This document shows, in pieces, positions 1 through 14,104 of a stretch of DNA of 64,000 nucleotides. Every line of letters begins with the position of its first letter. Within the stretch, counting starts at the first letter, position 1. A program made the translations under genes and the position numbers. The stretch is from positions 76,262,001 through 76,326,000 of the forward strand of contig NW_024704742.1 of NCBI RefSeq assembly GCF_018977255.1. Reading direction: 5' to 3'. The notes under the pieces are model-generated. The model saw nothing but the letters and a program-made list of their open reading frames with translations. It had not been told where the DNA came from and did no database searches. This DNA comes from Callorhinchus milii (lineage: Eukaryota).

Positions 1-479
1 CCCAGGTTGTCCAATTGCCCACACCGGAGAATTTGAGAAGGAGATCCAGAGAGCGAGTTCAGTGCTTAATGTGCAGTGCAGGTGTGAATCATATTGCTCC
101 TGATTCTCCAAGTGGAGTCGGGCACTGGGTTCAAGCAGGACTCCTGCTGCCGGAGACTCAATTTACACTGCAAGTTTGGTGGTGATTCACCTGGAGAATC
201 GCAGGGATTCAATACGAGATTTATTAGCATACTAATAAATGTATAGTATTATACAAACACAGCAGATCACTCAAACCAGCCATTATGGTTCAGGTGGATG
301 TTAAAGATTCCATGTCACTATTTGAAAAGAGAGTGGCCAACAATCCCCCAAAATTAAATTGGTCACCCACTCCATGGCTGTTTGTGGGATAATGCTGTGC
401 ACAATTGGCTGCCCCATTTCGCCCACAAAATATGCAGTCAAAATATACTCCACCAATACAGGTGGAGTCTGCATCCCTG

Positions 480-770
480 TATACTGTAAAGTGAATTCAC
501 TGTATATTTTGTGGGCGAAATACAGCAGCCGATTGCGCACAGCAGTGTCCCACAAACAGTTGTGGATTGAAGTGACCAATTGAATTTTTTTTCAAAAAGG
601 AATTACCCCAGAAAAATGATCCGCTAATTGACTAACAACCGGGTTCCTACTTACTATTAGGTAAAGAGAGGCTAGTGGAGTAAGGAAACTTTCCCAAACA
701 TTTCGCCCTGTCTGGAATTGAACCCAGGTCTCTCGTTTGCGAGGCAAGTGCCGAGCTACAGGACTCCACT
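480..770 (-). mobile_element. tRNA-derived SINE with Deu-like core (family A)
   Basis: tRNA-like head, GGGTTCAATTCC B-box and the TGTTTGTGGGACACTGCTGTGCGCAAT core; many copies in the window. Confidence 0.85.
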
Positions 771-787
771 AGACTCAACAAATAAAA

Positions 788-1103
788 TAGCTCAGTAGTT
801 AGAGCACTCATCTTGCAAGCGAGAGACCTGGGTTTGATTCCTGGCAGGGCAAAACCTTGGGCAAGTTTCCTTACTCCACACACCTGATAATAATCCCTCA
901 AGAAAAAACAAAACAATAATAAATTGGTCATTTCAATCCATGACTGTTTGTGGGACACTGCTGGGCGCAATTGGCTGCCACATTTCATCCACAAAATATA
1001 CAATCAATTCACTTTACAGTATATTCTGTGAAGCGCTTTGAAACATCTAGAAGACATGAAAAGCGCTATATCAAATGCAAGGATTATTATTATTATTATT
1101 ATA
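788..1103 (+). mobile_element. Family A SINE, internally deleted subfamily
   Basis: TAGCTCAGTAGTTAGAGCA A-box, GGGTTTGATTCC B-box, Deu-like core, L2-like tail and (ATT)n. Confidence 0.88.
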
Positions 1104-2039
1104 AATAAGGAATGACTGTGATGGGAATGTGCTAAAAAATAGATTTCAAACCACAGGGACCTGTTCCAGTTTGAGTGAATTCCCTGTGTATACAGATTGG
1201 AACCAACTGGCCTCATTGATTCTATGATTATGTGCTGCTTAATAAAAAGGTGTAATCATGGGCAGTGGGCAAATTGCATGTCACTGTTTTGTACATCCCA
1301 CTGTATGTTTCTCTGCTGTCGGAACAGGAGGAATACTGTTGCTACTAACTGGTGCTATACCACCCAAAAGGACATTGGGAAAAATACTTGGAATTCTCGT
1401 GGGAACCCTTTTTTCAATAGACGTGTGGGTTTGTGTGCATGAGAGTGTAGGTGTGCATGCACAACCTTTTGTGAGAACAGAACATCTAGTGTGTTTATCA
1501 AGCACTGCTAGGTTAGTATAACCTAGGTATGAGCATGGCCAACATGCCTTAACCCCAGCTTCAGAAGGGTATCCGATTGCACTTTGTTCCCGGCATTTAC
1601 CACCCCGGCAATCCGTATCAGCCTTCATGAGCAAATCTGCTGGAAATGTGTGAACTTGTGCCAAATTGTGATGAAGTTTAGTGATGTGGGACCCACACCC
1701 TCTGTGGGCTGGTTTGAGATTGCCCAAACTTATTTCATATACATTTTTAAGTGGTTTTAGTCACCACCTGGCTGAGTGCTGAAGCCAGAAAATGTTCAGC
1801 TCTGTGAATAATCGTGCGTTGCCTCTGACTGCCGTCAGGCTCCCAAGAATGAAGGCAGGAGCCTGTGATCCATTGACCTCTAAAATAATCAACTAATTAC
1901 AAATCAAAATGCAACAATAAAGCTCCTTTCACATCGGGAAGATGTGCAAAGGCCCTGGACAGTCAGGGGTTTGTACCCCAGATGGGGGTAGGATTCCAGA
2001 GGGGAATACCCGGGAAAAGTTGATTTTCAACTTGATTTT

Positions 2040-2872
2040 TCAACTCCTGATTGGCTCACACCAGCGCCTCTGCACCTCAGGCTCTGGCAGCAACAACCTC
2101 CATGGTTGCACACTTCAATTCACCAAGCCAGTCAGGAACCTAGGGGTCTTGTTCGACCCTCAATTGTCTTTTCTTCCCCACATCCAAGCAATGACACGCT
2201 CTGCCTTCCCTCACCTCCGTAACATCACCCGACTCTGCCACTACCTCACCCTTCAGGCCGCTGAACCTCTTGTTCATGCCTTCATCACCTCCAGGCTCGG
2301 CTATGCAAATGTCCTACTTGTCGGCCTTACCAACTCCTCCCTCCACAGGCTGCAGATAATCCAGAACTCTGCAGCCCGTGTCCTCTCCCGCACCAAACTC
2401 CGTGACCCCATCTCACCCATTCTCGCCCGACTCCATTGGTTCCCTATCCTTCAGAGGATCCAGTTCAAAATCCTAGTCCTCACCTACAAAGCCCTCCATG
2501 GCCTCGCCCCACCCTACCTCTGCGACCTCCTAACCCTCTACCAACCCGCCCGCTCCCTCTGCTCAGCTGACTCCGGCCTGCTCCACGTCCCCCGACCCAC
2601 CCGCCCCACCATTGGCGAGAGAGCCTTCAGCTACTCTGCCCCCAACCTCTGGAATTCCATCCCCCAATCACTCCCCCTCGCCCCCTCCTTAGCCTCCTTC
2701 AAGTCCCGCCTCAAAACCCTCCTCTTCGACCATGCCATCGGCCACCACCCTTCCCCTCCCCTCTCTTACCCCCACAACTCCAGCTCGGGTCTGAAATGCT
2801 GTACACTGTCCAGCGCCTTAGGACATCCTCCTGACGTGAAAGGCGCTATACAAATATAATCTTCTTGTTGTT
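2040..2872 (+). mobile_element. 5'-truncated L2 LINE (ORF2 C-terminus and 3' tail)
   Basis: VRNLGVLFD, LVHAFITSRL, IQNSAARVL and LHW.PI..RI.FK motifs. Tail GACGTGAAAGGCGCTAT...(GTT)n. Confidence 0.92.
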
Positions 2873-3020
2873 TTAAAATTATTTTAGGCAGTTGACACAT
2901 TACTGGAAGGTGACTGAGATTTGCAACAACCTTTTAGAAGCCAAACAATTGAATACACAAAGTGTATTCTTAATGCTATGCCCTTGTTACTGATGTGTTA
3001 CTTTGGTTTCTTACCTCTAG

Positions 3021-3128
3021 GAATTCAAACATTTGGGAAAAACGTAGTTGTGGTTGGAAGGTCAAAAAATGTAGGAATGCCAATTGCAATCCTTTTGCAC
3101 ACTGATGGAAGACACGAAAGACCCGGAG
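3021..3128 (+). CDS. MTHFD2L: MTHFD2L internal coding exon (equivalent to human exon 5)
   Basis: ctag|GA...GGAG|gtaaga, 108 bp, phase 1-1. Encodes (G)IQTFGKNVVVVGRSKNVGMPIAILLHTDGRHERPG, the nucleotide-binding region of MTHFD2-family enzymes; GIQTFGKN is MTHFD2L-like. Confidence 0.95.
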
Positions 3129-6100
3129 GTAAGAGATAACTTAATGTTAATAAAGATTAAAATACATTCATAGATTGCTCCCATCAAAGCCCTAAATTTC
3201 TCATGCGCTTAGCCTTAAGGCTATTGCCTTAAATTTGAAGAATTTTAGAAAATGCTTAAATGCTGTCTTAATTTGGAAGACAGTTCAGAAGAGTGGCTTC
3301 CAAAAGTGTGGCACAATCTTAAGATTTAAGACAATGTTCCTAAGTCTAACATCATGAGCTTTGTAGGGCCTCTGATGATTGCAGGGAAATTTAACAAATT
3401 TTGGGCGTAATTGCAGGGAGTTAATTGGTGCTATTGAGAAACACATTTTACTGCCAAACTACATTTTTTCACTTTATTGATATAAACTAAACATGTAGAA
3501 ATAACACATGATAGATTTTTGCATTTTTTTTAATTTGAACGCTTTCTTTAACAAAAACTGCTGGTGGGGGGAGACAGGCTCAAAGGTTGAATGGTCAATT
3601 TCCAACCAGCACTACATTTGAAAATCTGAAGATCCACGGAACAACAAAAACAACAAAATTACATTTATAGAGCGCCTTTCACGTCGGGAGGACGTCCCAA
3701 GGTGCTGGACAGTCAGGGGTCAGGACCTGAGCATGGGGGAGGGGTGGGGTAGGGGAACACCAGCTTTGCTCACCAAGCTCACTAGTGTCCTGACTGTGGG
3801 ACTACAGAAGGTCAGCACCTCCTGTCTCTCGGGGCCATCACCATACACACACACAGAGAGAGACACACTCACAGACACACACATAGTTACAGAGGAGAGA
3901 CACATAGACAATCTCAATAACGTGGGGTCGGGGTGAGTGAAGCACATTTCTGCCCGCGCAGCTGGCACCATCCCACTCCGCCCCACGCAAACAACCAGCA
4001 GCAGTGCGCAGTGTCCTGGAGCCAAGCAAACTGCATTTAAGCAGGTTTTCGTGAAGGGTGTTGTTTTTAGCTGATTCCGCTGAAAAATTGCAGCCGTACG
4101 TTTTTATTGGCCCAGGTTATCAGGAAAGAACTGTTTCAAAATCATCCCAACTTTTCAGTTCACATCCTACAGACAATGATTTTAGAGAGACTCTTTCTGA
4201 AGTGAGGGTAAAACTCTTATCAAGCAACAGATAGGTAGAGAGTCCCACCAGCTCCTATATTGCTTGCTTCTTACTAAGTAGCCAATTTGCACACTGCAGC
4301 GTCCCACAAACAGCAATAAAACCAATTTCATCTGGGAGATTGTTGGCCAGAATAATGGGAGAAACTTCCTTCTCTTTTTAATTAGTGCCACGGGATCTTT
4401 AAGGTCCACCTGAACAGGCTGACAGGTCCTCGGTTTAACATCTCATCTGAAGCATGGCACCTCTGACAATACAGCAGCCCCCCAGTAGTAGAATGGTTTG
4501 CCATCTTGGATTATGTTGATATTTAGGTGGGTATATCTAGGGCATGTTGATGACTTTGACATTATGGATTTGTCATGAAGCTTGGTATTATACTCACATT
4601 GGATTGCACTAACTCTACTGCCAAGCAGGACATCACATCCAAGAACTCTTCTTCTAACTCCAGAGTTTATTTTCTGATATTCTGCATTTGATATAATGCC
4701 TTATCACATCATTGAGACATCTCAAAACCCTTCACAAGATAGACTGTAAAGTGGTGTGACTGCGTTTATTTTGTGGGTGAAGTGGTTAATAATTATGCAA
4801 ATCTTAGTTGTTAACCTCTCCCTTCTACTTGTCCTGGATTTGACCATGGTCTGGGAAACTGAAATCTCGCATGTTTGACACATCACAATTTCCTGTAGGT
4901 TCTTTGACTTGCCTGAACAGCTCTCTATTTGTTCAGATTGGCCTGGAAGCTTGGAAGCTGCTGGTTCCTTTTTTATTGTAACATCCATCAGCACTTTGCT
5001 TCACAGCTTTGAGTTGGAGTTTTTGGGGCTACTGGGAATCAAGGATTATCTGTACCTTTTCTCAACTGACCAAAGGCTTCAAAATATGTTCCATCGTATC
5101 AGCATAAAACCAGCAGTACATACTCGGAATGTAATTTTTTTTAGAATATCCTACACAGTTGCTACACCCTTCATGCTTTCTTGAAATTGGGGGTTTAGCA
5201 CAGCCTACCGTGTAACTGAGATAACTGGTTAGTAGGCTCACATAACAGTACAACAACAACAACAAGGTTGCATTTATAGAGCGCCTTTCACGTCGGGAGG
5301 ACGTCCCAAGGCGCTGTACAGAGTACAGAGGAAGCTCAATTATTATTAATTATTAAGGACAGCCATTGGTTTATCTCATCTACTCATCCAAAAGATTTAA
5401 TCAAGGCATCTTCACCTAATAATCCTGAATCTTTAGGTTGAGGTTCAACGGTGATTTACAATGCTCCTGACTAGGCCACGTATTATTTTGTCCCAATGAT
5501 TTAATTTAGAATATAAGGGCAGGAGTATATTGTTCATGAATATTTCGGTTAAAATTCTGGCACTATAAAGCTAAGATCTAACTGAGCCTACACTTAGTGA
5601 GACTATTGAAGCACTAATATATTTCACCATAAATCAACATGCCATTCAACTGGGAAATTGAAACATTACAAGATGAAACAATGATTTATAAAATGCATGA
5701 CTAATGATAGAAAATTGACCATGTATAATCCATGTTAGCAGAGTTAGAATACATTAGTTTCAGGTAAGTGGTGCCGATTGGTTTTCTTGTCTATCTATCC
5801 AATATTCCAATAGATTCCTTCAAAACCTTTGAATTTCCAGGAATTTGACCATTTCCTCTTGAAGCCCTTTTTTACTGTTTGTCCCATCACCCATGCTGAT
5901 AGTTTGTTCCGCATAACTTCCATCCTTTTATGAGAAAAAGCTCTTTTGCACTTTTTATTTACTATTTTTAATCCTTTATTTTGAAGCTATAACCACTTGT
6001 TGTGAATTTTGATTTGGAAGAAAAACTAATTTGCATTTAAATTTTCTAAACGTTTATAATTATAATTGATTCTATCAAATGACCCCATCCGGCTTTTTTT

Positions 6101-6502
6101 CAAGAAAGAATAGTCTAAGGAAAGCCTCATAGCTGTGAACCCTACTTTTTAAATAAAGGGAGAAAAACCAACAACATCCTTCACATGGAGTAGCGCATCA
6201 GAAAGCTTAACAGTGGTGTAGCTTGATGGCGAGCTCGGCTGACGTGACCATAGGCACAGTCGAAGAGGGAGGTCACGAAGGTGATCTGAAGATGGGAAAA
6301 GAGGTGCCAGGTTGAGGGATTGAGGCAGAGAGTTCCATAGTTTTGGGATCCAGTGACTGAAGGAGGTCCACCAATGGTAGAGAGGAAGAGATGAGGGACA
6401 GAGGCTAGAGCTAGCTAAGTGAACAACAACAACAATAAAATTACATTTGTATAGCACCTTTCACTTCGGGAGGACGTCGCAAGGCGCTGGACAGACAGAG
6501 TT

Positions 6503-9500
6503 TAACATAACATAACATGTAGGAGCAGGAGTAGGCCCTACGAGCCTGCCTCGCCACTCAATCATGGCTGATCTTCTAATCTAACTCCAGCTAATAACCT
6601 GACCCTGCCTTATCCCCATATCCCTTAATCCCTTTTGCAATAAGAAATCTATCCATCTCATTCTTGAATATGTTCAAGGACTGAGCGTCAACAGCCCTTT
6701 GGGGTGGTGAGTTCCATATTCACCACCCTTTGAGTGAAGAAGTTCTTCCTCATCTCAGTGTGAAAGGGCTGGCTTCTGATTTTAAGGTTGTGACCCCTGG
6801 TTTTAGTTTCTCCAACCAGGGGAAACAATCTCCCACTATCTACTCTATCATGCCCTTTGATGATCTTATAGGTTTCTATAAGATCCCCTCTAATTCTTCT
6901 ATATTCTAGAGAATATAGGCACAAATTGGTCAGCCTATCCTCGTGACTCATCCCCTTCATCCCTGGTACTACTCTAGTAAATCTACGCTGCACCCCCTCC
7001 AAGGCAAGTACATCCTTCCTTTAATGAGGAGACCAAAACTGGACACAGCATTCCAGGTGTGGTCTCACCAGGGCCCTATACAGTTGCAGCAAGACTTCCC
7101 TACTCTTATACTCTAATCCTTTCATAATGAATGCTAACATACCGTTCGCCTTCCTAATTGCTGCTGCACCTACAGACTAACTTTCTGTGATTGGTGTACA
7201 AGGACACCCAAGTCCCTCTGGACGCTAACACATTCCAATCTCTTCCCTTCTAAAAAATAACCCGCTCTACTGTTTTTGCTACCTATAGGTGGATGACTTT
7301 GCACTTCCCTACATTATACTTCATCTGCCACCTACCTGCCCAATCACCTAACCTATCTATGTCTCGCTGCATTTTTTTTTAATGTCGCCCTCTGTGTTGA
7401 CACTTCCTCCTTGTTTTGTGTCATCCGCGAATTTAGATATATTAACTTCAATGTCCTCATCTAGATCGTTGATGTAGATGGTAAATAGCTGAGGCCCAAG
7501 GACTGATCCTTTTGGCACTCCACTAGTCACATCCCGCCAATCTGAAAAGGACCCGTTTATCCCTACTCTTTGTTTCCTATCCGTTAACCATTCCCCAATC
7601 CATATTAATATGCTCCCCCCAATTCCATGGGTCCTTATCTTTTGGACTAACCTTTTATGCGGCACCTTATCGAATGCCTTCTGGAAGTCCAAATAGACCA
7701 CATCGACTGATTCACCCTTATCTAGTTTACTGGAAATATCCTCAAAAAACTCTATGAGATTTGTCAAACATGACTTCCCTTTTGTAAAGTCATGTTGACT
7801 TGGCCTAATTATATTGTGCTCCCCTAATACCGCATTACCACATCTTTAATCAATAATTCTAAATTTTTTCCTATCACTGATGAGAGACTAACCGGCCTAT
7901 AGTTCCCCATCTTTTCCTTTCCACCTTTTTTAAATAGTGGTGTGACATTTGCGATCTTCCAATCCATGGGGACTGTTCCAGAATCCAAGGAATTTTGGAA
8001 GATCAGACATAAGGCCTCCACTATCTCATAAGCTACCTCTTTTAAAACCCTGGGATGCAAGCCATCCGGACCAGGGGATTTGTCACTTTTTAGTGCTAAC
8101 AGTTTCCCTAGCACCAATTCTCTACTAATGAAAATTTCCCTAAGTTGCTCCCTGTCCTTATCCCTTGGTGCATCTCTATTGTTGGCAGACTTGTTGTGTC
8201 TTCTAGGGTGAAGACAGATGCAAAGTACCCATTTAGGGACTCTGCCATGTCCTTATCCCCCATTACAACTTCTCCCGTCTCTGACTGAAGTGGACCTACA
8301 TTTACCCTCACTAGCCTATTCCTCTTAATATATTTGTAAAAACTTTTACAATCAGACTTAATGTTCCTAGCTAGCTTACGCTCATACTCCTTTTTCTCGC
8401 TCTTAATGAGTTTTTTAGGNTTTTTTGCTGGTTTCTAAAACTCTCCCAATCTTCAGATTTGCTGCTTTTCTTGGCAGTTTTATAAGCTTTTTCTTTTAAT
8501 TTGATGCTTTCCCTAACTGCTCTAGTTAGCCACGGATGAATTGCTTTCCCTGTGGTACTCTTATTCCGCAAGGGAATATGCGACCGCTGAGAATTTTGCA
8601 CTACATCCTTAAATATTTGCCACTGTTGATATACATTTTTACCTCTTAATCTTATTCTCCAGTCTATTTTACCTAAATCTTTCCTCATACCTACAAAATT
8701 AGCCTATTTAAATTCAGAATACTTGCTTCGGATTTAACTATATCCCTCTCTAACTCAATGCAGAATTCAATCCTATTGTGATCACTCTGCCCTAGAGGAT
8801 TCTTAATACCTGCACTGCCAACTAGCCCTGTTTCGTTACACAAAACAAGATCTAGGGTGGCCTGTCCCCTAGTTGGTTCCTCGGCATGCTGCTCTAGAAA
8901 GTTATCTCTCATACACTTAATGAACTCTTCTTCTGACCTACTTTTACCGATCTGGTTTTCCCAATCTATGTGGACATTGAAATCACCCACTATTATCGCT
9001 TTACCTTTCCCATGTGCTCCACTGATTTCTTCATTAATACCCTGTGCTATATTGTGATCACTGTTTGGGGGTCTATAAACCACTCCCATTAATATTTTCT
9101 GCCCTTTATTATTTTTTATTTCCACCCATATTGTCTCGACCTCCTGGTCATCGGATTTCAGATCCTTCCTCTCCACTGCTTTTATTTCATCCCTAATTGA
9201 CAGGGCTACCCCCCACCCCACCTAATATCCCACAGTGCCTATCTTTCCTGTAAACTGAGAACCCTGGAATATTTAATGCCCTAGATCTCCTTGTAACCAT
9301 GCTTCAGTGATGGCTACTAGATCGTACCCATATGTGTCTATCTGTGCTTTTAATTCATCAGTTTTATTCCGAATGCTTCGCACATTCAGCTATAACATTT
9401 TAAATTTCCTACAATTTCTTCTACTCTGATTCCTTATCTACTTTGCCAAGCTTCTTACCCCTAGTTAACATATTCCTATTATCTGGCATGCTATTTTGCA

Positions 9501-9745
9501 CTGTCATCTTTACTTTTTCTAATGTTAACTTATGGATTCTCTTACCTATATATCCCCCCCCCCTTTACTAGTTTAAATTCCTATTTATTTCCCTGTTAAT
9601 TTGTTTAGCTAGGACATTTGTCCCAGCATGATTTAAATGCAGCCCTTTTCTCTGAAAGAGCTCTCTTTTCCTTCAATACTCATGCCAATGGCCCATAAAA
9701 AGAAACCCCTGAGTTCTGCACCTCTCTTTTAGCCACGCGTTCAAG
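6503..9745 (-). mobile_element. 5'-truncated CR1 LINE: end of ORF1 (esterase-like) plus a disrupted ORF2 (endonuclease and reverse transcriptase)
   Basis: ORF pieces carry GVVYRPP and GDFN (APE endonuclease), [31 protein letters not shown] and KFADD (RT), and the CR1 C-terminus. Near 9600-9740 the frame reads NAWLKERCRTQGF...GLHLNHAG (SGNH-esterase-like ORF1). (ATGTT)n tail at about 6503-6518. Frameshifts are present. Confidence 0.93.
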
Positions 9746-10561
9746 AAGTGAAGGGTGTGGGTAGAGGAGTGGGGTGCCTGGGCATGAAATGATTTGTATG
9801 CAACTGTAAAGTTCTTGAATTAAACCTGTTTTGCAATAGGGAGTCAGGACCTTGTTGTAATGTGGATTTATTTACAAATCCCAACATTTATTTATGAAAA
9901 AAAATCCGCTTTAAAAGCCCTTGCTCTAACAAAATGGCTAACAACCAGGTCATTGGGTTTCCATTGACATCACTTCTGAGTTATCTGGTTGAGATATGAC
10001 AAAGAATATTGCAAAGGAAGAAACTCACCTAAACACCCACACAAAGTTGCAATCTCCATTTCTTCATCACTTATATTTACTGAAGACACATGGAACTAAG
10101 CCAGGCTAAATTCCTTTTATTTTCTAACTTCCTGTTATTTTGTAAATCACCAATGGGAGTAACTCTTTTTGTTCTGGGGCTTGCACTCCTTTTCCATTCC
10201 TTGCTCAAGTACACTCATGCAAGAAATTCTTTCTCTCACGATGTAGCCACAGACTCCTGTGGGCGAGTAACTTCTGCTATTTCCTTTGCATTGCATACAT
10301 ATATAGGAGAAACATCAATTATGTAATCAATTGTAATCCACATTACAACAAGGTCCTTCTGTAACTAATTCTTTGTTCACTTTTGACATGAACCTGGGTA
10401 AATACAGCTCAAGTTCCATCCTTTGAGTATCCTGAGATGCCAAAACATCATTATGTTATGTTATATTAAACATCAAAGTCTTAAAATGTAGACTTTTCTC
10501 CCAGAATATATATATACATATATTGTGTAGTTTATACATTGAGTGTACGTTTATATAATGC

Positions 10562-10627
10562 ATATAGTAAATAATATAATAATAAGATAGTAAATAATAA
10601 TAATATAGTAAATAAAGTATAGTAAAT
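10562..10627. repeat. AT-rich degenerate minisatellite (ATAGTAAAT core, four times)
   Basis: ATAGTAAAT recurs four times with AAT-rich spacers. Confidence 0.7.
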
Positions 10628-11299
10628 CCCTGATAAGACCCTGGTTTAACTTGTCAATACCACTTAAGTCGCCATGCTATCAATATCGTGGTGGCTTTCC
10701 ATGCATAATGTTAATACGGGACTCTGCTTTTACTAGTCACATTCTAGAAATTCTTGTAAATACTTACTTTGGATAACCATCCTGTAAGATGGTGTTTTGC
10801 TTCACAGAGGCCTCCTGCCCTTTCCTGGGACTCGTTTGGCCACTCGGTGGAGGTTGGGTGCACATGCTCAGATGCATCACTGAGGCCTCTGGTCGCCTGG
10901 AGAGCCTCACCGTGGCCTCCCGCCCTGTCCTGTGACAGAATGGGGCAGGAGGCCACAGTTCGGCCTTCCATTAGATGAGGCCTCTGCAACAGAATAGGGT
11001 GGGAGGGCATGGCATGGCCCTCCAACAGATCAGTGACCTCTGCGATTCATCTGAGCATTCACACTCAGCCTCTACTGAGCCCCCGCATCAGTCACAGCGC
11101 TCCTTTGTGGCCCAGAAAGACCTATGTCTAACTTGCCACTCAACTGGTTACTGAGCCCTTTAGCCTTGAAGTGACGCGTTATCAGGCATTTACTGTATAT
11201 GTGTGTGTATTTATGTATATATATTTACATGTAAGTATACATAAACCATATACTTTTTTTCTTTCAATTTCTCTGCTGGAGCTATTGGATTTCCTCTTC

Positions 11300-11492
11300 C
11301 TTATTGATTGATAAGGTTTAGCATAGGAGGCTTGATGAAAACAGTTGAGGTGTGTTGGGTTGAAGGGAATTTGCAACATGGAAAGAAGTTGTCTGAAGGA
11401 CAGAAATCAGAGTAGGGGTAAATAGATGATTTTTCAGATTGGAGGGATTCTAAACAGTGCTGTCTCCTAGAGGGTCAGTGATAGGACCATTA
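11300..11492 (+). mobile_element. Degenerate CR1 RT fragment
   Basis: CAGAGTAGGGGTAAAT...TCAGATTGGAGG...GGGTCAGTGATAGGACCA resembles RVG.NG.FSDW...GSV.GP. Confidence 0.6.
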
Positions 11493-11513
11493 CACAAAGT
11501 TTCTCCTGGTTTA

Positions 11514-11830
11514 ATAATGTAATAATAATCCTTGAATTTGATATTGGGCTTTTTCATGTCTTCTAGACATCTCAAAGCGCTTCACAGAATATGCCGTAAA
11601 GTGAATTGACTGTATATTTGTGGGCGAAACGTGGCAGCCATTTGTGTACAGCAGTGTCCCACAAACAGTCGTGGATTGAAGTGACCAATTTTATTATTGT
11701 TTTTTTTCTTGAGGGATTATTATCAGGCATTTGGAGTAAGGAAACTTGCCCAAGGTTTCGCTGTGCTGGGAATTGAACCCAGGTGTCTCACTTGCAAGGC
11801 GAGTGTTCTAACCACTGAGCTACAGGAATT
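11514..11830 (-). mobile_element. Family A SINE, same deleted subfamily as 788-1103
   Basis: Shares the CCTGATAATAATCCCTCAAGAAAAAA deletion junction. Confidence 0.88.
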
Positions 11831-14104
11831 CGCTATTTTGAATAATATTTGAAAAGATAGTATGCAAAATTGCATATTCAAAGGAAGTTCAGATCAAAAA
11901 GACCCTTCAGCCCATTTGATGTAATCACTCCACAATACCCACCCTATTGTCTTTAATGTGATCAGGTTATAACTAATCAATCTCCATCTATTTTTTGCAC
12001 TTATTACTATGTATGTGGCAAAGCAAGAAACTGAAGGGAAGAATGGAGCAGCTTCAGATGATATTTTCTCACCTGCTAAGCTGTATGCAGCTAGTTAAAT
12101 GAATACCTATTACCAGCTTGAGAGGATGGACAGTGTATATGTTTTAGATTGGTTTCATGGTGTATATAAGACATTGCAATGGGTTATATTATACTGGAGT
12201 TTACCCATTATTATTCCACAGGATAGATCACAAGCTGAGTGGAATAAGCATAGCTGAAACAGGGTGCATTTTAGCTCTGTGTTCTACATTAAAATTATTG
12301 TTAAACCAATTAAGGAGCATGCTATGGGTGGGAGGGAAGTGTGGGGAGTTGGGGTGGCGGGAGAACATGGGATTGTGAAATTATACACCATTTATAATTG
12401 GCTGCCGCATTTCACCCAGAAAAAAATAAGGTCTATATTCTGTGAAGCGCTTTGAGATGTCTAGAAGACGTGAAATGTGCTATATCAAATGCAATAATTA
12501 TTATTATTATTTAGCTTCCTTATGTCTGGAACCTCCTCCCAGTAGTTGATTCCACAACAATGTGATGAAAAGTTTACTTACATGTGGACCCAGTAGAGGA
12601 ATAAATGTGTCACTTTAATCGCATCATGCGGATTTCCTAACATCTTGAGAGTAAAACCGCATGACATTTCTGCAGCATATAGCGTGCCAAGAGCCATCCA
12701 TGGGAGGTATTCACACTTAAAGGTGGGGTCCTATTTCGGTAAGGCCTATCATTAGATCGTTTGATGGCAATGTTGTCACCATCTTATTGTTGTTTTTGAA
12801 GTGGTTTTACCATCTAATCCGAAATAATCCAATAAATTGCCCTGTCTGTATGTGTCACTTTGGTTCTCAGCCAGTTACTTTGTTTAAAGTAATGAACTAG
12901 TTTGAAATTGTTTGACATCGGGAGTACATGTGAAGCCAGTGTTCATTGTCTGAATTGGCATTGGAAGATAGGAAATGGATGGCAAAGCAACTCAATAGTC
13001 GACCAAACCGTGTCTTTCCGATGTGAAGGGTGCTATACAAGTGTAATTTTTTTTTTTGTCACTAAGGATCACTCGTTTCAAAGACCCCAAACTTTACATG
13101 GTCTTTACATTGTGATCATTATCTTAAAAGTTTTAAATTTGTCTGGAATTTTGGAAAATACTTAAATTCATTCTGAATTTGGTTGCTACTTGTCATAGGT
13201 CTTAAAAAGATTGTTTGGAAAAAATGTTTCAAAATTAACATCAAATTTTAAGAATTTTCCGCATTCTGCACAATCTTAATGTTTAAGATAATAATAATCC
13301 TTGCATTTGATATAGCACCTTATCATGTTGTTGAGACATCTCAAATCGCTTCATAGAATGTACTGTAAAGTGGATTGACTATGTATTTGGTGGTATTGAT
13401 TTTAAGTTAGGGAAGTTAAAGAGAAATTTTGGACATCTGGTCCGAAATCTGACAATCTAAGCCTGTTGGACCATTTTGTCTCAAATGTTTAAGATTGTGG
13501 TCATCAGGTGAGGTATGAAATAGTTTCCCTTCAGACATCCCAGTGCTAGTATCAATCATGTCCAGGTTATTTAGGTGCAGGATGAAATATAGAATATATA
13601 CAATGCAGAAATCTATACCCACAATTTGCCTAAGCTTTAAACTCTTAAGGTTTAACCGTGGGTGACTCTTAGTGTCAGGACAGTTCTTGAATTAAAAGAC
13701 TTTAGGGCAGTCTTAGTGGTGTAGTGAATGGAGTTGCAGGTCTCGCTGTTTTGAATCCTGGTTTCAGCTGATTTTATTGGTCTCAGCGTGGGATGTATTG
13801 AGGAGGCTAAATTAGCCCCAACCTTTCAAGGATCAGTGAGAGGAAAACCATTGAAGAATTCCACTCATAGTTCCACCACAGGTTGTGCACGAGGTGTAAC
13901 AGCTGGATGGGGAGAGGTTGGGCTTGGTGTGATACCCTCCACATTCAAGTTGCTTGTCAACACTCACTGCAAGGTTCGCAAATGAACAATAGCCAATTTG
14001 AGAAGGGAACAGCTGGGCAATACCCACTTACTTGTACCTCACGGAACATTGGCCTGAGTCATTGCCATCAGTATTAATAATAATAATATAATGGTTTAAT
14101 AATA

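Noticed and set aside
1942..2859. 305-aa ORF
   Set aside because: The L2 ORF2 C-terminus fused by chance to upstream sequence; it lacks the RT catalytic core.
1..3020. Search for the upstream MTHFD2L exon containing KDVDG
   Set aside because: No matching exon found; it presumably lies before the window.
8420..8420. Single N base inside the CR1 element
   Set aside because: Assembly ambiguity; the apparent frameshift here cannot be interpreted.
10800..11150. GC-rich patch with short ORFs on both strands
   Set aside because: No recognisable protein motif or exon structure; probably an unidentified repeat fragment.
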